Counted from the stretch's first letter, positions 14,140 through 28,849 are shown. The stretch: 64,000 nucleotides of DNA from Octopus bimaculoides (GCF_001194135.2 NC_068985.1:101369515-101433514); one strand, 5' to 3'. Notes: generated from the letters alone by a model not told the origin. Made by a program: numbers and translations.

Positions 14140-14299
14140 GTCAAATGTTACAAATTATGAACGCCTACATTCATAATAAAAAAAGTCTCCCACTCATAAA
14201 TTTGGCATGCATCATAAAATAATGTTTGAAAGTCCTAACATTTACGTTTCTACTGAAATTTAAAGGAAGGGGATTTTTCGATTACACTGATTCTTAGGC

Positions 14300-14372
14300 T
14301 TGATTAGTAGTTATTTTCTCGATCCCGAAATGAACTAAATGCAAAGTCGGTTTCAGTGGAATTTTAATTGTG
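14300..14372 (-). mobile_element. SINE family A remnant
   Basis: ttattttctcgatcccgaaatgaactaaatgcaaagtcggtttcagtggaatttt aligns loosely to the family A core. Confidence 0.5.
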
Positions 14373-15775
14373 ACGCCTTCCTCTATCATCCATATGTTAT
14401 ACACAATTACTCATAAAATTTACGCATTAGACAGTAGCGTTCTGATCACTAAACCACATTTTAGATTGAAATACGTGCTTACCCATTTCCATTTTCATTT
14501 TATGTAATAAAATCTAGCGAATTGAACGTGCCATATTGTGTTATCCAAGGAATACTTACACATGCAATATAAGCAGTTTATATGTTATGAAATTCAAATT
14601 TTCTGATTACTTATTCAACATACACTTTCCTAAGATTGTTTCTTAAGTAAGAATAGATAACCACTTAATGTCATTTAAAAAAACAAAACACAGAAAATAT
14701 ATGGTTCTATATCCATGCATATCAACACAATTCTCTCTAATAAGTGTTTATTCTATATTTTCTTTGGTTTCTTATTCTTCACTCATATTTTCAACACAAA
14801 TTATCAATAACTAATTCTTCATTTGAAGAATGTTTTATGTTTTATCTGTTTTTCATATAAAAACCAAACAATTAATTATAGAGACGCCAAACATCTTTAC
14901 TATTACATGTCAATGGTATTAATCAAATTGCTAAATGTCAAAATCAAGTTACAGATTTGGTTTTATGTAACATCATTCTAAATGCATCGCAAAATGTTAT
15001 TTTTATTTATTTATTTATGATTTGTTCATAAATGACTGATGCAAATATTTCTTATATTTAAGAGGCGATCATAATTCTAATCCTATTTTAACTGTAGATG
15101 TACTTGAATATGTGATTAGAAATTATGACAGTCTTGACAATAAAACAAGCTAATGAACAATGAAAAAAAACTGATGCGAGAATGTGAATGTACAATAGGA
15201 TATGCGTAAAACACACTTTGTTAAATATAATTCGTCATTGCGTATGATTTAGGAATAATATACCAATTAAAATTCTGCTTTCATTAGGTCCTTCTTAATG
15301 TAAAACTAGTAGAACTCTGAAATGGATGTGGTTAGTGTTGGTGTTGTGAATTGCCTGGAGACCTATCATTGTGCAAGCACAAAGAGGGAAAATATTTGAG
15401 AAGGAAAAAAGTAAAAGCACCAAAATTATCAAGGCAGTTGAATAAAAAGCCTTATTTGCAGTACGAAATGTTAGTCTCACGATGACGCTTGATCGCGTGC
15501 ATATGTATTCCAAAACTTGCAAATTTATATTTGGATATTACACTGATGAGAACAAGAAGTAATTATGTTTTACTTGAAGTTCGAAACTCGTCTGTAATTA
15601 ACTGCGGTCGAATTGATTCATCATTTTCCCTTTTGCCTACATTAAAAAAGTGTGTTATTTTCTCGGAGTTTTTATGCTAGTTGAAAAGACATTTAGCGTC
15701 GGTAATTAACCGACCCCTCATTATATTTATGTATAAAATTATAGAATATTCATATATATATATATATACACACAC

Positions 15776-15809
<34 letters not shown>

Positions 15810-16675
15810 NNNNNNNNNNNNNNNNNNNNNNNNNNNNNNNNNNNNNNNNNNNNNNNNNNNNNNNNNNNNNNNNNNNNNNNNNNNNNNNNNNNNNNNNNNN
15901 NNNNNNNNNNNNNNNNNNNNNNNNNNNNATATATATATATATACATGCACACATATGTGAGGATATATATGTATACATGACAGTTGTCATGACAGATAAT
16001 AGAGAAAGAAACTCACTGACCTTTCAGAACATTGGGGACACAAACAATCTCTACATTGGCAGTGCATTTGCTTCAAGAAAAATGTCTTTTATCTTCCGAA
16101 AACCGCCATTCCTTCTTTTACTTGTTTCCAACAGTAGTGGGGATGCCAAGCTTTGCCTTCCCAATTGATGTACCATATATAATATACATTCGGTAATTAC
16201 TTTATATAGTCCTTAAATCGATCTATTGGTTTGTGTTGACAGGATTTTCTTTAAAAAAATTCCCTTTATAGTTTCTTTTCAGCAATCCTCTGATCACAAA
16301 TCTGACCATCTCATATAACATTTCACTGCTCAGGACATCGGCTTTCCTCAATAAGCCTGTCTCTGGAAACCACAACAATCCTCAAACATCCACCATATGC
16401 GTCGATCGAATGTGATGAAAGTCTTAAACGAAACGTATATGAAGCCTGTAAAGTGTCTTTGTCTCACATGCTCAGAAGATCGATGTCAACACTTGCGTAG
16501 ATTACATTGCAGTTCACAAAATTAGGATGCCACTTTGTGAGCAGACATGAGAGAAAATCATATGAAGCAATACGTTGCCTTTAGTTAATGGAATCCTTCC
16601 CCGACAGGATGGATGTATATATGCATATGTGCCTGTATGTGTTAGTATATATCCACATATATTTATGTGCGTGTC

Positions 16676-16762
<87 letters not shown>

Positions 16763-18924
16763 GTGTGTATGTGTGTGTGTGTGTGAGTATATATGTGTGC
16801 ATATATATGTGTGTGTGTGTGTGTGTTTATATATATGCATTTCTTTCTCTGTGTGTGTTTATGTTGCACTTGACTTGATTTATATATGCATAGGTATGCA
16901 CCTACCCAAACAGCTGCATGTGTATGCTAATATATATCATATAGATCTTTGACAAGTACAGACTTTTCACATTTTTCACTTATCAACTCGGTTTCCATTA
17001 AACGAAAATAGATAACTATTTTAAAAGGTATCATGATTTTGAATTCGCAACTTAATTACAATTTTTTTTATTTTTTTCTTATTTCTTTTTTTTGTGCTTG
17101 CACTAATGATTTGTAAGTGATAATGCAGCAGATTTAGGATACCGAATATCTATAAAATGTAACTCTATTTTTATACCATCATTTTATGATCTCAGATAAA
17201 GTAGACTAAACATAAAAAAAATGTTCAGTATTAAGCATTATATAGTGTTGTTACATCTTAACTAAACTTGCCCTTGCCGTTCTGATTTGTGTGCAGTTCG
17301 TAATAGACTCAGGTTCCATAATGAATACAACATCATCATTGAAATGATGTATTGTTGACACCATTATAAAACAAAATATCATTCATTTTACTTAGAAAAA
17401 TCTTAAGCCCTCGTTTTGATATAATAAAAAGGTAAACTAATCTTTGTCCCATGAAATCTTCATTGGTTTGACAAATTGCTGAAAGACAAAAGGAAGCAGA
17501 AAGGTGAAGAAATATAAATTTAAGTTTTAGTTGGATTATTTAGGTCATGACATCGCCGTAATTATTTAATAATGTGTGTCGTATCGTACGTACACAACGA
17601 ATAATTATCAAAACGAGAAAGAACAAATATCATTGGAAATATTGATGTCCCATAAAAATCTATGAACATAGATAAAGTACGAAATAAATATGATCGATAC
17701 TGTATTGTTATCGAAGTCATGTATCCAGAAAACTACCTGTCTGTTAAACTCAGGATATTTAGAAAATGAGTTATTTACGGTCTGTAATTTGTTGTTACAG
17801 CTGCTTTCTATACGAGGTGAAAGATTAAGCTTCATTTCATCAACATTTGTGATCGCTTACCTTGAATTTTTTTTATATATTTTATTTGAACTTAGGTTAT
17901 AGACACGAGCTGTGCACAAGATGATAATCTGAAATTTTGAAACAGAGATGCGAATGCCCTTTTCTACCTAGCATATAACCTACATGTGTTGTATTTTGGA
18001 ATATTATTCATGGAATATATTATCGGTATTTTCGACAGGGCACACGGTCTATATTCCGCTATATGTTACATTTATTCTTACTTGCCCTGTGAAATTTTCA
18101 TTTCTATAAAGAAAATCAATAATTTATTTTCTATAAATGACAGTGAAATATTTCGGAGCGACATTATTCTAGTATATATTTCCAATATGATTTGCAATCA
18201 CTCTGATTATAGAAAAAATACGACGAGATATCAAACAGTAAACGTTTCATATATAGCCGTACAGTTCAGCTATTATATTGTGTGATTTTTCAGATAATAA
18301 AGAATAGTGTACTATTAGTAGCCCCGTTATATATAACGAGAATAAATGCAAATTATTCATAAGAGTTGCCATAGCGTTGGTTTACTTGCAGAGTTTTGAC
18401 TGCCTTTCAACTGCATACATGGAGAATATTGTCCAACTTACAGAAGAGATGCGCCCACACAAGCTATTATGATGTGATCCCTTCTACACCACGCGCAAGT
18501 CTTGTTGTTTACATAAAATTAAAGAACATGGCGATGAGCCTAAATTTGTAACGTGGTATTTTCTTGTTATATTTGTATTAGAAGATATTTGATGGGAATA
18601 TCGAAAGCCAATTTTGTTGTCAGTTTACGTCTTGCTCTCGAATAACCCAACGAAATAACACGACATTTTTGTATTTCATTTAATTTTGTTATCTTCACTC
18701 AAATAGTAAACTAATCAATTAGATGAATAATCAAATATTTATTCAATCATTCGCTGGATCAATGAGCTAGGGGATGAAATACAGTCGAATGGAATTTTAA
18801 CTCGAACATAGAGATAAAATGCCGCAAAATATTTTGACCGGTGTTGTACTACGAATAACAATAATATATACATGCATACATACTTACATGCGTGTGTGGG
18901 GGGGTACTCGATAGTTAAAATATA

Positions 18925-19015
18925 TTGCCGTTAATTTCACGAGCAGGCCGTTCCGTTGATCGGATCAACTGCAACCCTCGACGTCGTAAGCGACGGAGTG
19001 CCAACTATACAATAG
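18925..19015. mobile_element. Short GC-rich interspersed repeat fragment (SINE-like)
   Basis: gccgttccgttgatcggatcaactgcaaccctcgacgtcgtaagcgacggagtgcc resembles a common octopus repeat as I recall it; single copy here. Confidence 0.35.
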
Positions 19016-22000
19016 GTACCTGTTATTAAAGAAAATTACAGCTTAACATTGGATAATATTTTCTTCAAATGTATTAGCCACATATGTTTCGACATTTTTA
19101 ATAGAAAACATGTATCAAGTCAGACACTAAAATGAAGAAAAAATATTCCACGAATATAGCATATGGTTATAAATGAACATATTTGCCGAGTTTTTGTTTC
19201 CTGAATATTGTTAAATTAATAAGCCCTTGTCATATATACTTGAACAAATGTTAATTCAGTCTAATATATTAAAAATCTAGGTTTTACACACTGATTTGAT
19301 AATATTATTCCTGCAGTAGATGTACTTAAAACTAAAGATTTGAAATTATATTAAACTGAGATTGACTTGCTGTCTGTTGAAGTGTCATAAAAATGATTTA
19401 ATTTAAACATTTCTGAATTTGAAAATTAGCATCATGCTTTTACAATATTTCTTAGGAAATTACAATACCCTATGAAGTAGTTTTATAAATGAGAATTTAA
19501 AATTTTATGACATATTTTTACATGCTTTCGCCGACATTTTGTCGCATAATAGTTTGTACGTACGCTCACATACATGAACAAGTACGTTCAGGATGGATGT
19601 GTTTTCTAATCTCACAAGATATCTGAAATGCACGAGACGGCGAGCAAATTAAATACAAAATACGCAATAACTTCCATTTACATATGCAATTATAGGTTCA
19701 TTAAATTGGCATGTATAGAAATTTTATAATTTCAGGTTTACTATGAAAATCATTTGATATGGATCATTAAATGACTAGATCATATAGTCGAAAACGTCAT
19801 CTATATTTTGATTGTCGGCACAGATTGTATGGGTTATCATGCAACAGTGCTATCCCCTTTATAAGTACAGTGAAACCTGTATATTAAATAGGTTTCATAT
19901 ATATATATATATATATATATANNNNNNNNNNNNNNNNNNNNNNNNNNNNNNNNNNNNNNNNNNNNTATATATATTAAGGCATTTTGGTAACGTGTCTGCA
20001 AGATCGCCTCTTTATAAAATCAATTATATTGATATCAAAATAGGAACTATGCATAATTTGTCGATCTTATAATTCTGACGTTCATAATTGATATATTTAA
20101 TGTATGCAAAGTTTCAACCAGTCTTTCTTGCAGAATTACACGACGGAATTCTTGAAAGATCATGTCTGATTGAATCTTTTATATTGCATTCCGTAATACA
20201 ATTGACCGGATTTAAAACGTTTAATTTTTTTTTTTTCTATTGTAAAGAGACAAGTCTTTTACGGGAGTATATTTGAAATAATAAATCTGTGATACATTAT
20301 TGCATTACATCATTCTGAATTCAAATTCAGTGCTGGATTTAGATTATTTAATAAATATATACAAGGTGCACTCAGTAATATCTAGTGAAGATAGCAGTAT
20401 TTTCAAATACTTTCAAACAGAAGTATTTCAAAAAAATATTAATATATTTCCTGGTGTTTTACAGTTTTTAACGGACACTAGCACATATGGGATTCGAGAG
20501 CATTCGTGCAAAATTAAGAAAGGTAGCTAGTTAGTAGTTTTGTTCGATACACTATATTTTAGATATTTCTTCAACTTTACGAGTTACAGAATATTGGTAT
20601 TCAAATGTTCTTGTTTTGAGAAGAAAGGATTATTCCCAACAAAATTATATTCATTATTTGTGAATGTTATTACAAAGAATACAATCTTTGTTTCTTTTAT
20701 GACATTTGCTCCACATTATTTCCTTTTTCCCTCTCTCATTTTGTTAACCCCTCCCGATATCTGTATTGATCAGTTTCTAGAAATTTCTCTCTGTCTCTCT
20801 GTCTCTCTCTCACTCTCTCTCGCTCTCTCTCTATCATAGTCTCTGTTTCTCGCTGCCTCGCTATTCACCCTCCCCTCCTTTTCCGGTGTTCTGCATATAA
20901 TCATATTTTGATACTATTTCTTTAGATATGCCTATATGTTATCTCTTATTCAAGCCAGAAGGCACGATTCAAAATCATATAGTGGTAAATACGTGACCAA
21001 TCATTATAAACTCTATTCTTTTGCATATTCCATTCGAAATAGAAAATTATATAAAATTGATACACAATGCGCAAAGTCGATTGCATTTGTCCATAATCTT
21101 CCCATTTCCTACAAAATATAATATTCGATAAATTAGTTCCTCAATGTGGGTGGCATACATACATAATTTCCGTTGTTATTCTTACTTTCTAACAGCCGGT
21201 ATTGTTGTCGTTCATTTTACAGAAAGCATTAAATCATTTGTTCACTTTAAATAATTCAAAATATAATAACGGAAACTATGAAGGAAGCGACACTGAATAT
21301 TATTTTATTATTATAATTTTTTTTAAAACATTCACTCTCAAAACAGGAACCTTTTGAAGAATATGCGTTAATTTTAGTTCTAAAGAGTTGATTGTGAATG
21401 GTTGCATTACAATTTGACAATAAGGAAGTGATGATTAAATTTTAAAGTATTTTTATCGAATTGAAAATTGTTTCGGAATTTTGTGTAGTTCTGTTTATAC
21501 CATGTTAAATACAAGAGTAATGGAAATAATTTGTTATATGTGTATCAATGTTTCGAGGAAAGAAAGCACATACCGAGTGGTTATATGAAAAATCCAGACC
21601 AAAAATATTAGTTTATCTTCATGGTAATTGACATTTTTAATTCGCTGATGATTCGTTTGGTCCGAGGAAAATGAATGAGTTGAATTATAAATATAAGTAT
21701 ATATATATATATATATNNNNNNNNNNNNNNNNNNNNNNNNNNNNNNNNNNNNNNNNNNNNNNNNNNNNNNNNNNNNNNNNNNNNNNNNNNNNNNNNNNNN
21801 NNNNNNNNNNNNNNNNNNNNNNNNNNNNNNNNNNNNNNNNNNNNNNNNNNNNNNNNNNNNNNNNNNNNNNNNNNNNNNNNNNNNNNNNNNNNNNNNNNNN
21901 NNNNNNNNNNNNNNNNNNNNNNNNNNNNNNNNNNNNNNNNNNNNNNNNNNNNNNNNNNNNNNNNNNNNNNNNNNNNNNNNNNNNNNNNNNNNNNNNNNNN

Positions 22001-23466
22001 NNNNNNNNNNNNNNNNNNNNNNNNNNNNNNNNNNNNNNNNNNNNNNNNNNNNNNNNNNNNNNNNNNNNNNNNNNNNNNNNNNNNNNNNNNNNNNNNNNNN
22101 NNNNNNNNNNNNNNNNNNNNNNNNNNNNNNNNNNNNNNNNNNNNNNNNNNNNNNNNNNNNNNNNNNNNNNNNNNNNNNNNNNNNNNNNNNNNNNNNNNNN
22201 NNNNNNNNNNNNNNNNNNNNNNNNNNNNNNNNNNNNNNNNNNNNNNNNNNNNNNNNNNNNNNNNNNNNNNNNATATATATATATATATATATAAGAGGAG
22301 AGAGAGGATTGAATATATATACATCGTTTTCTCAGCTATTCCATGTCACACTAACATCGTGAATGAGAAATACGAGCACTTCAGAAACTGTTACGGTTAT
22401 ATATGCATACACATATGTGTAAATTTGTGCATACATATATAATATATAAATCATCAAACATACATGCATATATGTTCACATATACGCATACACACAGACA
22501 GACACACACACACCGTCACACACACATATGTGTATTAGTAGGAATATATATATATATAGTGTTGTACATTGATATTTATATTGTTTTGAAATATATTTTC
22601 CAGAGAAAACTAACGTCCAGATCCGATATTCGTTTATCTAATTATTTATATANNNNNNNNNNTATTTATATATAGTATTTCCTCATCATTTACGCATATC
22701 ATTATGTGTTTCAATTTCTAGATTAAAAGTAAGGCTCCGTAGAATTCAACTAAATCACATTCGAAAAATATATTTGAATAACACATAATCCGGCCTTTGC
22801 AACACTGGAAGAATCCATATATATTTACCATATATATCATTTTATAAGAGGCCCGATTAAATGTTTCGTATATGAACCAGCGAAATATTAAAAAAATTGA
22901 AACATATGAGACAGTATATTATAAATTTGATCAACAACACGCATTTCACATATATTTCCAAGCAAAATCTTTTGCGGAAGTCATATCCATTTCACAGGCA
23001 TGGAATTTGTAAACATTATGCACTTCTTAGTGGCGTATCAGGATAAAAATTCTTCATTGAATTTAATGATCTCAATTTCGTGATATAGTGTGTTACACTT
23101 ACTTATTAGATATAAATGAATTATTTTATAATTAGCTATTGTCAACAACATATGTTAAGAACACGTGATTATATACTCCAAATGTACTAGTATTGTTAGT
23201 TCCCCACTGAAAGAAGAATAATCATGAACATTCACTACGAAAAGATATCATCCCAAAATTATAGTTTCAAATCTTATTACGTTACTATTTATTGTCGGCG
23301 CTAATTAAGCTCGGGCTGATAGTGTTACTTATTCACTTTTCTTTAGAATCTCATGGAATTTAGAAAATGAATTACTTTTCTAATTAGTGTGCACAATTTT
23401 ACGGGATATATTCAACTTCCTTAATTTAATTTACGCAATTTACACAAATTAGGATATACAACAACA

Positions 23467-23519
<53 letters not shown>

Positions 23520-23621
23520 ATATATAGACACAAACACACACACCGCACACGCACGCACAAAAAAACACAAACACATGCACACGCACATGCCAACACACAC
23601 ATATATGAATATATGAATATA

Positions 23622-24494
23622 CGCGGTCTGAGCAATAAGTATTCACACTTTTGCAATAGCCAGAAAGCTAAAGCGCATAGATTAAATTCCCTTAGCACAG
23701 ATTGACCTTGACCCCTGCTGTACATACACACTAAGTTTTAACTTTCTTCCTCTCTTTCCCTGTTAACAGCAATGCTTGGATGTAAGCTGTGTAACGTGTG
23801 ATCATCGCATTGACTATGTCACAAAAAAAGTTGTCGTGGCGATACCTGCTCAGAGGACTGTGAAATGTTGCAGAAAGTGTATGACTCGCACATATGTGTA
23901 CGAGTGTTTCAGAGGTTTCCACTATCAAAAAATGTCGATGATGACGAATATTGTGTGAGACCCTCAACCAGTAGAACTGAGAAAAACATCTCACATATGC
24001 GTGCGAGTATGATAGGAAATCATCGAATCACAGTCTGTGTGTTATCAGACGATGAGCAGATTGGTTACAGTTCATTTCAGTCCATTATCACTGAACGTAT
24101 CTGCGAAGTGTGTGCCAAAACTACTTTCCACTGAACAAAAAGCCATTCGAGTTTAACTTGCACAAAATCTCCGTGATTGTGTCGAGAACGATGAAAACCT
24201 TTTGAAACCTTTGCGTAGGCATCTGAGCGAGTATCGTCAAGATTTTCGCAAAATTTGATACCGCTTCTCTGCTCAACTTTCTCAGTTATGGCCAATGCGA
24301 CCATCATACGTTACTCACGTTACGTCCAAGCACTGCTGTAAACAGTGAAATTCAGATACAACGTTAAAACTTAGTGCATAAGCATAGAAGACTGAGTTCA
24401 ATGTCAATGTCAAACTGTACCAAGCGGCACACTCTGCGTGCTTTATCTTCGATACTATGGCACGAGTCCGGATACTTACTGATCAGATCATGCA
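23622..24494. mobile_element. Mariner-derived non-autonomous element with two facing 5' ends, TA-flanked
   Basis: Left end TA|cgcggtctgagcaataagtattcacact; right end (reverse complement) TA|tgcatgatctgatcagtaagtatccggact. The + arm encodes GDTCSEDCEMLQKVY..RTYVYECF..VDDDEYCVRPSTSRTEKNI..RITV..LSTEQKAIRV*LAQNLRDCVENDENLLK (mariner HTH region); the - arm encodes EKVEQRSGIKFCENLDDTRSDAYAK. Confidence 0.85.
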
Positions 24495-24624
24495 TACAAA
24501 CACATAAATCATCTTAGACACTTATCACACCACGTATACATACACTTAAATAATCATAGATACTGTTAGACGAGAGAAACGACTAGGAGAACTTAGTATA
24601 TTAATTAAAAAAAAAAAAATACCC

Positions 24625-25460
24625 AACAAATTAAATCAACTTGCTATGCCAAAATCAAAGTAAATTCCGTTCTCTACCTAACGAAGAAACACTCAGGCTA
24701 TGTGAGAAAAATAAAAATACAAATCCGAATATTCCGTTTGTAGTCACCCACAATCCTAGAAAGCATAACATCATGCAGTTAGTCAATTCTACATCAATCA
24801 CCAACTCTCCAACTAATAATTCAAAAATAACAAATCATTAATAGACTCCTCAAGAGACTCTTAACAAAGGCGAGATCCACATGTGAAAAAGAAACGTTGC
24901 AGGTAGCCAACTGTGGAGACCGCCATTGTGGGACATACAAATTGATTTAGCAAGGAACAACCAAATGGCTCAAGAACGGGAAGGAATTAAAAGTGAATGC
25001 AGACATGAATTACACAGCAAAACGTCATCTACTACAGCACATATCCACGATGCAATTAAAACTACGTTGGGGAGAAGGGAAGGAAACTGACCAGCCGTGT
25101 AAATGTGCATAAGCAACAAATGAGGGAATCATCTCCCATGCATGTCCCATGCAGTGAACATCTAAATATTTGTGCAAATGTCAAATTCAAAATGTTCTAA
25201 TTTTAGAAAATAAACGATGAAAATGTTCAACTACGAAAGGCAAAAGCAGAAGAATCTATAAGAATTTTAAATCCGAGCGTAAACCCAAAATGGCTATCAC
25301 TCCAAATAATAAACAATGGTCAAATAAGATCTATAACCAAAACCCAAAGTCCGAAGATAAATGGGAAGTAATACTACCACTACCACAAAAATAACAACTT
25401 CCTCTTTAAGATCAGGTGTGTTTGGAAAGGTGTAACGAAAGCGCTCAGACAATAGAAAAA
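24625..25460 (+). mobile_element. Penelope-like element 3' part, GIY-YIG endonuclease remnant plus terminal region
   Basis: IPFVVTHNP...RLLTKARS...CGDRHCGT..KNVIYYSTYPRCN*NYVGEKGRKLTSRVNVHKQQMRE...CSEHL matches the PLE GIY-YIG signature (VIY...C..C...Y+GE..R.L..R...H); stops and frameshifts present. Confidence 0.85.
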
Positions 25461-26109
25461 AATGTCTTGCCAAGAAATGTTAGTAACATCATCATAAAAG
25501 ATTTCATAAAATCTGTGAAAAAAAAAATTTCTTTTTAAAAATCATGTTTACACTTCAAAAGCTGTACAGCACTTCCTTGACAATCGCAGGTGACACATTC
25601 CAAACAACCCCACTCGACAGGTGAAAATACGCGAAGTAGTACTGTATAAATGTAAAAAAATACCACGGGGAAATCGACGACAGCTTAATTTTTAAACTTA
25701 GTTTACTTATACAGTTAAATATATAGATGTATAAAGGCTAGAAATAACCTTCAAATATAACTAAATAAGTGGATAATGTCTAATTTAATATATGATTATA
25801 TAACATTGCAAGATATAACGAATTTTATGAAAAAGATTAAAATTACAAATTTCCACAATATTTTTATGCTATAAAGACTTTTAAAATATAGGGAAATAAA
25901 AAAATAGAAATAATAAACTATAATATACGAAAACATTTTTTAATATANNNNNNNNNNTATACATAAAAGAATATAACGTGTAATAAAACTATTATAATTT
26001 TAGGTTCCCAGTACACAGTGGGATATATGAAAGAACACTTTAAACTGTCAAATTATTAATAAAACATACACAATTTATGAAAAGTATATCAAGAATATAT
26101 AAAATCTTA

Positions 26110-26399
26110 AGATACAAATATATATGTTATAAGATTTATAAAATACACAAGGAACTTTTTAAAAAAAACTATCTGAGAGAAGAATTATAAATAAAACTAT
26201 AATAAAAATTTATAAAGAATTATTTTTAAAAAAATTTATAAAAGTAAGCCAATATAAGATGCTATACTAAGATATATAAAAAGGAAATATGGTTATATAA
26301 TATGAACATAAAGGATATATTATAATAGAATTGTTATATAGATATTTATAATCAAAACATTAATTAATTATTAATACTAGATTGAAAAAGGCATAAGTA
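26110..26399 (+). repeat. AT-rich dispersed repeat, copy 1 (possible L1/Tx1 C-terminal fossil)
   Basis: Aligns with 28545-28849, e.g. ggatttataaaata...tatctgaga.aagaatta...aattgttatata.atatttataatca...gaaaaaggcataagtat. Confidence 0.7.
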
Positions 26400-26449
26400 T
26401 AACAATAGTGGCAGTAGTGATGCTGCAGCCTGTATGTATAATGCCATAC

Positions 26450-26480
26450 ATATAGACCGTCATCAAAAGTTTCTGGACCG
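26450..26480. mobile_element. Lone mariner/Tc1-like TIR
   Basis: tatagaccgtcatcaaaagtttctggac resembles mariner TIRs and the ..aagtatccggac ends at 23622/24494; no partner end found. Confidence 0.3.
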
Positions 26481-27578
26481 AAATTACTGTAATTGTACAG
26501 TTCAGTAGCTAGGAATTTCGTGTCAGATGTAGAGTCCATAAGATAATATTGATCTCAATAATGTTATATAAATTTTTACCTCGGTGTGGATCAAAAGATA
26601 GTGGAATTTCCATAACAACTTTAACATGCCTATTGCTTGTCCTGCTTTGCTAATTTCTTTTACAAACTGACTATCACATAACTGATTATTCACAACCATT
26701 ATAGCTGAATACTGGAGGTGACCAATGGTTTTTTATCACTTTTCTGTCTCTACTACACTTGGACTATCAGCATTCATTATATTCATCATCTCTTAACCTG
26801 CTTTGTTTTTCTCCCTTATTGAACCAGCCGATATGTGTTACATTTCTTCTATCATTCTTGTGATCATCACTTGTCATCAGCATAATGTATATATGCTAAC
26901 GTTTTTTTTTTGTTTTTGTTCCCCATTCCACAAAGTCTTCCTTGCAAATTTTTACCCCCATCACACAAATAGTCACGAACACAAAAAGTAGAGGAGATAG
27001 AATGCCTCACTCTATAACACCGTAATTTATCACAAAAGTTTAAAGAATTTCACCCACCATGACTTGATATAAGGCTCCTTCATGCATGTTTGAAATTATG
27101 TCTGTATATTTTTTAGGTATGCTGTAACTTCTAATTAACTTTGCTAATGCTTGTTTTTATATGCTATCAAAAGTATCCTCATTTCATTTGCCTGTTGTAT
27201 AATATAACACACACATACATACATATCAGTATATATTTTCATGTATATGTGTGTACATATACATATGTACTTAGCATATTTCTATATAGATATATATATA
27301 CACACACACACGAACGCACAATCATTTCTGATAGCTCATTTACACGTTTTTTGTCTTATTAATAATGTATATTTCTTCTAAACTATTCCATTAACTTGAT
27401 CTTTATATAGTAGGAAAATATACTGTGATAAACCTGAGAAAATTATACATTTAGTTTGGAAATAAAGACGTATGTAAATGTCATGATATATTTAGCTAAT
27501 TAGCTTTCCTTAAAATGCCTGTATTATATACAAATATGTGTGTATGTACGTAAGTATATATATATGTATGTGTGTGTG

Positions 27579-27611
<33 letters not shown>

Positions 27612-27793
27612 TTATATATNNNNNNNNNNNNNNNNNNNNNNNNNNNNNNNNNNNNNNNNNNNNNNNNNNNNNNNNNNNNNNNNNNNNNNNNNNNNNNNNN
27701 NNNNNNNNNNNNNNNNNNNNNNNNNNNNNNNNNNNNNNNNNNNNNNNNNNNNNNNNNNNNNNNNNNNNNNNNNNNNNNNNNNNNNNNNNNNNN

Positions 27794-27846
<53 letters not shown>

Positions 27847-28544
27847 TAATGTCATGTTACCTTTCACCTGTGTTGAAATCTGTTTAGTTTCAAAACTTAT
27901 CAACAACAAGATGTTTATCTTTCACGATTTTTCCTGGTGCAAAATCAAATAAGTCAGGTGGATCATTGAAGAAAATCCTGAAAATCAATGAACAGTCATT
28001 GACATGTTTGATTAAAGAGATATCACTGATCCTTTATAACAAATAACGAAATCGTTCATTTGGCGTTGTCCGAAAGGGCAATTGGACATTGCCTTCCGGA
28101 GTGAAGCAGAATAAACGATGTTTTTTCCCAGAAAATGATATTTATATCTATTGATACATAATTTGAAACTTACATATCATCTTTCACCCATGTTTATTTA
28201 TCATCATCGGTTAATGACCTTTTTGTTTCTCTGTTGATCTGTCTGTCCTCCTACCATGCATCATTGATGTATACACATCAATTTCTTCACATAGATTAGC
28301 TGCAATATATTTTGGATAGCTATGCATATATGCTTTTGTACACACAAACACATGTACACATTCAAGAGGTAACTCTAACTTTCAGTTCTAAAATGTAGAC
28401 TTTATATTTGTTCTTTGATGTCGCATAAATTGTTTTATAAATTACGATTTATAGAACATATTAACAGCTTTGTGTAATGTTCACCAATTATTCATATTAG
28501 TAGGAATAACTTTTAAAATCTGAAGAAAATTTATGAAACTACTT

Positions 28545-28849
28545 CAGATATAAAGATATACGATATAGGATTTATAAAATATTCAAGGTAATTTTAAGAA
28601 AATATCTGAGAAAAGAATTACATTAAAGACTACAATAAAAGTTATTAAAAAATTATACTTCAAAATTCGTTTTTCAAGAAAGCATTATTAAAATATGCAA
28701 ATAAAACATGCTATACCAAGATATATATAAAGGAAATAAGGTATTATAAAGTGAAAATAAAGAATATATTATAATATAATTGTTATATAAATATTTATAA
28801 TCAGAATATTAATTGGTTATTAATAGTACATGGAAAAAGGCATAAGTAT
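28545..28849 (+). repeat. AT-rich dispersed repeat, copy 2
   Basis: Direct-orientation homolog of 26110-26399, roughly three-quarters identical by eye. Confidence 0.7.

Noticed and set aside
16016-16080. Minus-strand HCQCRDCLCPQCSER, resembling a DM (doublesex) domain
   Set aside because: The upstream CxxCxxH and downstream RQRVMAAQ are missing, and there is an in-frame stop just upstream.
26110-26399. Possible NUMT because of extreme AT content
   Set aside because: No open frame under the invertebrate mitochondrial code and no recognisable mitochondrial gene motif.
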